Virus record (IMG/VR): IMGVR_UViG_3300048606_000027
Span: 3,224-67,223 of that record
Strand: one strand, 5' to 3'
DNA: 64,000 nt
Origin: a virus
Taxonomy: Duplodnaviria > Caudoviricetes
Shown: piece after piece, positions 61,101 through 64,000 of the stretch
How the letters are laid out: every line of letters starts with the position of its first letter
How positions within the stretch are numbered: position 1 is the stretch's first letter
Made by a program: the position numbers and the translations under genes
Notes under the pieces: model-generated
Told to the model about the DNA's origin: nothing
Seen by the model: the letters and a program-made list of their open reading frames with translations, nothing else
The model's database searches: none

Positions 61101-62102
61101 GGCCAGGGCCAGGCGACCATCGATCAGCGCGGGTTTATTGCCGGTCAAACCGATGTGACGAGAAATCGGGCGATTGACGCTCAGGCAGACCGATCGGCGA
61201 CGCCAACCTATACCTATCAGCCAGGTCTCGGCCCCGATCCGGCGAACCCTGAGAAGCAAGTCTCAGGCGTTTACAAGATGCCGAACCGCGGCGACGAACA
61301 ACCGCAATTCATCCCGGGCGTGGCACTGACACAGAGAGGTGTGCCATCCACCTCTCAGATGCCAGAAGACGTGAAGCGGGCGCTCGCGGAGCAGCTTGTA
61401 ACAGGCGATACGTCGGCCCTGTCTGGTTTGGGCGCGGGAAATGTTGGGTCGCAAAACCGAATCGCGGTGCAGGAAGAAGCCACGCGCATTCGTAAGGAAC
61501 GCGGCATGACCGGTTCCGATCAGGCTGCCGCCACTGCTGGATACATGGGCGAGCGCGCCGGTGCCAGAACGGCCGGAACGCGCGAAGCGAACGTCAATAT
61601 GGCTGTTATCGAAGCGCAGAAATTCATGCCGCTGGCGATTGGTGCCTCTAACAAAGTGGATCGGACGCAGTTTCCAACGATCAACTCGATTATCCAGGCT
61701 TATGAGAAGGGCACTGGCGACGAGAATATCGTGCGCCTCGCGGTGGCGACGAATTCTCTGACGAACGCCTATTCGCGAGCGATCACACCGAGCGGCATAC
61801 CGACCGAGGGCAATCAGACCAGGGCACGCGAACTGTTAGACAGGGCATGGTCCAAGGGCCAATACGCGGCCGCGGTTGATCAGTTGTGGCAGGAAATGCA
61901 AGCGGCGAAAGCGTCCCCTGAACAGGCACGAGAAGAACAGAGAAGCCGTATCTCTGGGCGTCCCGCGCCTGGTGACACGAACGCGGGATCGTCGCCAAGC
62001 AGCCCTTGGAAATACAATGCCGCTGGCCCTGGCGGCATGATGCTGCATTCCAATGACGGCAAGACCTGGCTGAAACCCGACGGAAGCCCCTACGCGCCGT
62101 AA
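58119..62102 (+). CDS. Large DNA-ejection protein with a lytic transglycosylase (SLT) domain
   Basis: AAAEKHGVDP..L..LI.RESGWNPKA..GTMGLGQF..DPAQAIDGSAAYL..L..GGDYERAI..Y. Confidence 0.85.
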   Translation: MSGGGGTNTTTQSSAPPKEFLDAYSRVNAQAQNVASVPYAPYPGQTVAGLSPDQLGAMDTIRNSSGIAAPYINAAAGHLDAATAPIWNDPNVQHFSPEAVSQYESPYTNDVVNATAADFNNQNDISNQRVVGDAISRGAWGGDRSAVAQAINEGQNTRTQAPVLAGLRDKGYSQALQQFNTQQGAQLGATQAQRWLDSQAASGFGALGQEALGTTLTGAQAQLGIGGLEQTQAQAELNVPYQQYLAAQGYPFQTTGWLANIAQGLGGASGGTGTSTSPGPSVASQYGGLATAGVGLAGQMGAFDSWGGGSGWNAGGSAGGGGGIEGFTAGASGGAIPHRAGGGSLGLADIPDLSVSVIPGSTGLGAAPASHGQSNILKNYGQTSTSTQENADSDFGSLLKTAGMIATAIYAPYALPAASAFNSSVHFGRGGGIGPMRRDGGGNIPSVTLQDSAHGGIAVPQLNFTGDAPGGAGGGIAPSVSDYFASQRAGQSFAPPPMYVPPPAPVAPAGGMNGVPEIGPSGWPIYDPDHPVFPSESRETGAVYGNNAGSSADNGWRGGAIGREDGGFIPSEAPDPNGSVWTPDPEEPEEAADILGFTGTGPSIPGGGLTAEGEPKVSAAGDGPSNKVPITHAVGYIPPPEKYAPLVQAAAEKHGVDPKQLAWLISRESGWNPKAYNPASGTMGLGQFKAATAREVGIDPWDPAQAIDGSAAYLRKMLNKTGGDYERAIGRYGTFSTWQGAGADSAVRRQYHQFMGAARGDGIMARADGGDLPYGPDLPESFDGEAAAPPYGPDLPEPFDTDDGPLPVRPIPPRDGGIAVNSGASDLPSPPPSPTESPGIAAEDGASDGSTRSKIPWNTIMNVGLGIMSGTSPHALTNVGRGALTGIQMADKQKAATETAALKREQQKYLAMERKARAALTEAKTANEPIKSLQADRKLDIAEGLGNRKLDQSGPLNAARAEYLQWKSGPGAAASLAMQQAKLDEIARHHGVTEGQGQATIDQRGFIAGQTDVTRNRAIDAQADRSATPTYTYQPGLGPDPANPEKQVSGVYKMPNRGDEQPQFIPGVALTQRGVPSTSQMPEDVKRALAEQLVTGDTSALSGLGAGNVGSQNRIAVQEEATRIRKERGMTGSDQAAATAGYMGERAGARTAGTREANVNMAVIEAQKFMPLAIGASNKVDRTQFPTINSIIQAYEKGTGDENIVRLAVATNSLTNAYSRAITPSGIPTEGNQTRARELLDRAWSKGQYAAAVDQLWQEMQAAKASPEQAREEQRSRISGRPAPGDTNAGSSPSSPWKYNAAGPGGMMLHSNDGKTWLKPDGSPYAP

Positions 62103-63330
62103 TGAACTGTCAGCTAAAGCAGACAGCTTTGCCCTACCGATTAAGCGGCGAGCACGTCAGGGCACATTACAATACCCCTTGCGCGGATCGCCCGTTGCCG
62201 GATGTTCCGCGCTGCGTTCAGGTCGGCATTAACCTCATGGGCGCAGCCGATGCACTTGAAGGTGGCTTGGTTGGGACGGTTCTTCTTATCGATGCAACCG
62301 CACGCGGAACACTCACGCGACGTGTTGCGTGGATCGATAAAGACGACTGGGACGCCAGCGCGCTTCGCCTTGTAGATGACGAACGAGCCGAGTTGCCCGA
62401 AACCCCAGTTACCAAGCCTCGCCCGTTGGTTGCCGCTTCTGGCCGTTACCCTCTGTCGAATCCCCTTGAGTTGTTCAAGTCCGATTCCCCGCGAGGTGCG
62501 TTCAGCATCCAATACGAGCGCCTTCGAAATCACGTGATTCGTGTGCTTCTGGAATCTCCCCTGTGTGGTCGCGAATTTTCGCAGTCTTCGTTTCGCGCCT
62601 CGCGTTCCGCATTTTTGCAAGCCGCGCCGCCGCTTCTGGATGTGTCGCCGTTTTCGTTCAATCACCGCGCCTGTGTGCACCGAGCCGTCGCTATCGGTGG
62701 CGAGCGCGACGATACCAAGATCGACGCCAAGCCAGTCCTCGGCTTCGAACTCCTTGGTTTCCGGAACATCGCATGTCGCCGCCAATATCCACTTGCTGCG
62801 CACAAGGCACAGATCGACTTCGCCTTTCCGGTAGGCCATCAGTCGCGCCTGGTGATCTCCCATCACGATAGGCACGACCATTCGCCCCTGGACCGTCCAC
62901 AAGCTAACGGCGCTGCCGTTCTTCACGAATCGGATAATCCGATCGTCGTAGGGTTGCGCCGCGTCGGGGCGAAAGCGTCGTTGTGTGTCACGGTCTGGTT
63001 TATAGGCATCCGCGACCTTGGCGATGCAGCGGACGGCGGCCTGGGCGGTCAGTCCGAAGCGCGCTCGCGTCTCTGCGTAGCCGATCTTGTGCAGCGCGTA
63101 CTGGCCGAACGTCCGCGTGTTCCACGCCAGTTCGGCAAGCCAGTCGCACGCCTGATTGCATCGCGCGAGCGTCGCCTTCAGACACGCGGCCTGGGTCTCA
63201 GTGGGCAGGAGCTTCAGTGCGGCGACAAGTTTCATGGCCTCAAATATAGAAGAAACTCATTGCGTTTGTCAAGTTTGGCGAACGCTGTTCGCCCCGCTAT
63301 CCCTCCGATGCCTTCAGGCATCGGTTTCTC
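62103..63330 (-). mobile_element. Non-autonomous IS200/IS605-family (IS1341-like) element carrying tnpB only
   Basis: Left-end hairpin CCGATGCC-TGAA-GGCATCGG near 63305-63324; right end finishing ...GCTGACAGTTCA at 62103; sits between the stop TAA (62102) and the RBS GGAGG/ATG (63343) of the next gene; ends inferred. Confidence 0.7.
62141..63235 (-). CDS. tnpB: TnpB RNA-guided endonuclease
   Basis: RuvC-I GVDLG, RuvC-II LEQLKGIR, Zn finger TSRECSACG...CIGC, RuvC-III NADLNAARNI. Confidence 0.95.
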   Translation of the reverse strand: MKLVAALKLLPTETQAACLKATLARCNQACDWLAELAWNTRTFGQYALHKIGYAETRARFGLTAQAAVRCIAKVADAYKPDRDTQRRFRPDAAQPYDDRIIRFVKNGSAVSLWTVQGRMVVPIVMGDHQARLMAYRKGEVDLCLVRSKWILAATCDVPETKEFEAEDWLGVDLGIVALATDSDGSVHTGAVIERKRRHIQKRRRGLQKCGTRGAKRRLRKFATTQGRFQKHTNHVISKALVLDAERTSRGIGLEQLKGIRQRVTARSGNQRARLGNWGFGQLGSFVIYKAKRAGVPVVFIDPRNTSRECSACGCIDKKNRPNQATFKCIGCAHEVNADLNAARNIRQRAIRARGIVMCPDVLAA

Positions 63331-63342
63331 ATGGAGGACCAT

Positions 63343-64000
63343 ATGAGCGAGACCGTCACACCACCCCCTGGGTTCTCTTTGGTTCCGCCGCCCGCCAGCG
63401 ATGCGTCAACCCCACCGCCAGGGTTCACGCTGGTCGGCGGTGCCACGCCACCAGAGTCCACGCATCCCGAAGGTGAGGCTCGCACGGCGGAACTGCACAG
63501 AGAGCTGGCGCCGAAGCCGCGCACGCAGATGGAGGACATTCAACAGGGTGTGGCGCACGGCCTCGTGCAAGGGAGCGCGAGCGTTCTCGGACTGCCCGCC
63601 GATGTCTGGCATTTGCTAAAATCCAGCAACAAATGGGCGCTGACGAAAACGGCCGAACTAGCCGGGCTGATATCCCCCGAGGAAGGGCAGAAGTTACGCG
63701 AAGGAAAGGCGCCGGACCATGATCCGTTCGGTTCGACCTGGATCACGCAGCACGTCCAGAACCTCGCGAAATCAGCGGGGCGCGATGTGTCGCCTCCACA
63801 GACAACAGCGGGCCAATACGCAGAGACGGGCGCCTCATTTGTCCCGATGGCCGCCGCCGTGCCGTTCATGGGAGGCGCCGCCGCCGGGCAGGCCGCGCGA
63901 CAAGTCCCAGCCGCCGTGGCGCGCTACGGCGTGTTCCCAGCGGCCACGAGTGAAACGGCCGGGCAACTGACCAAGGGAACGGCGGCGGAACCCTATGCGC
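63343..64000 (+). CDS. Ejection/internal virion protein, 3'-partial
   Basis: RBS GGAGG then ATG at 63343; PPPGF repeats; frame open to the window end. Confidence 0.6.
   Translation, partial: MSETVTPPPGFSLVPPPASDASTPPPGFTLVGGATPPESTHPEGEARTAELHRELAPKPRTQMEDIQQGVAHGLVQGSASVLGLPADVWHLLKSSNKWALTKTAELAGLISPEEGQKLREGKAPDHDPFGSTWITQHVQNLAKSAGRDVSPPQTTAGQYAETGASFVPMAAAVPFMGGAAAGQAARQVPAAVARYGVFPAATSETAGQLTKGTAAEPYA

Overview
This window is about 64 kb of a GC-rich tailed-phage genome with P22/podovirus-like morphogenesis. The host is probably an alphaproteobacterium, inferred from GcrA-like, FixL-like and Cro-like genes. It starts inside tail-fibre genes and then passes a PAS, membrane-protein and lipoprotein cluster. 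A mostly minus-strand early/replication region (2.6-21.8 kb) and plus-strand middle genes follow. The plus-strand late region runs terminase, portal, scaffold, capsid, tail, collagen-like fibres, glycosyltransferases and ejection proteins, and is cut off at the window end. No integrase, CI repressor, DNA polymerase, endolysin, tRNA or canonical CRISPR array was recognised. Top finding: an antisense cassette at 39.88-41.06 kb inside the head module. It holds a solitary ~205-aa RAMP/Cas7-like gene flanked on both sides by non-coding arrays of 30 and 33 strictly phased 5-nt units (G-G-Y-N-N). It is driven by a symmetric divergent promoter shared with a small ribbon-helix-helix gene. This looks like a compact phage RNA-guided system with a non-contiguous guide code, resembling what I recall being called VIPR. 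Other highlights: 12 free-standing homing-endonuclease-like genes, two of which split their target gene and supply a recoded replacement terminus; a standalone FixL-like PAS protein; a BclA-like collagen fibre, glycosyltransferase and O-methyltransferase set; and an intact TnpB-only IS200/IS605 element. All family assignments come from motif recognition by eye; no database search was run.
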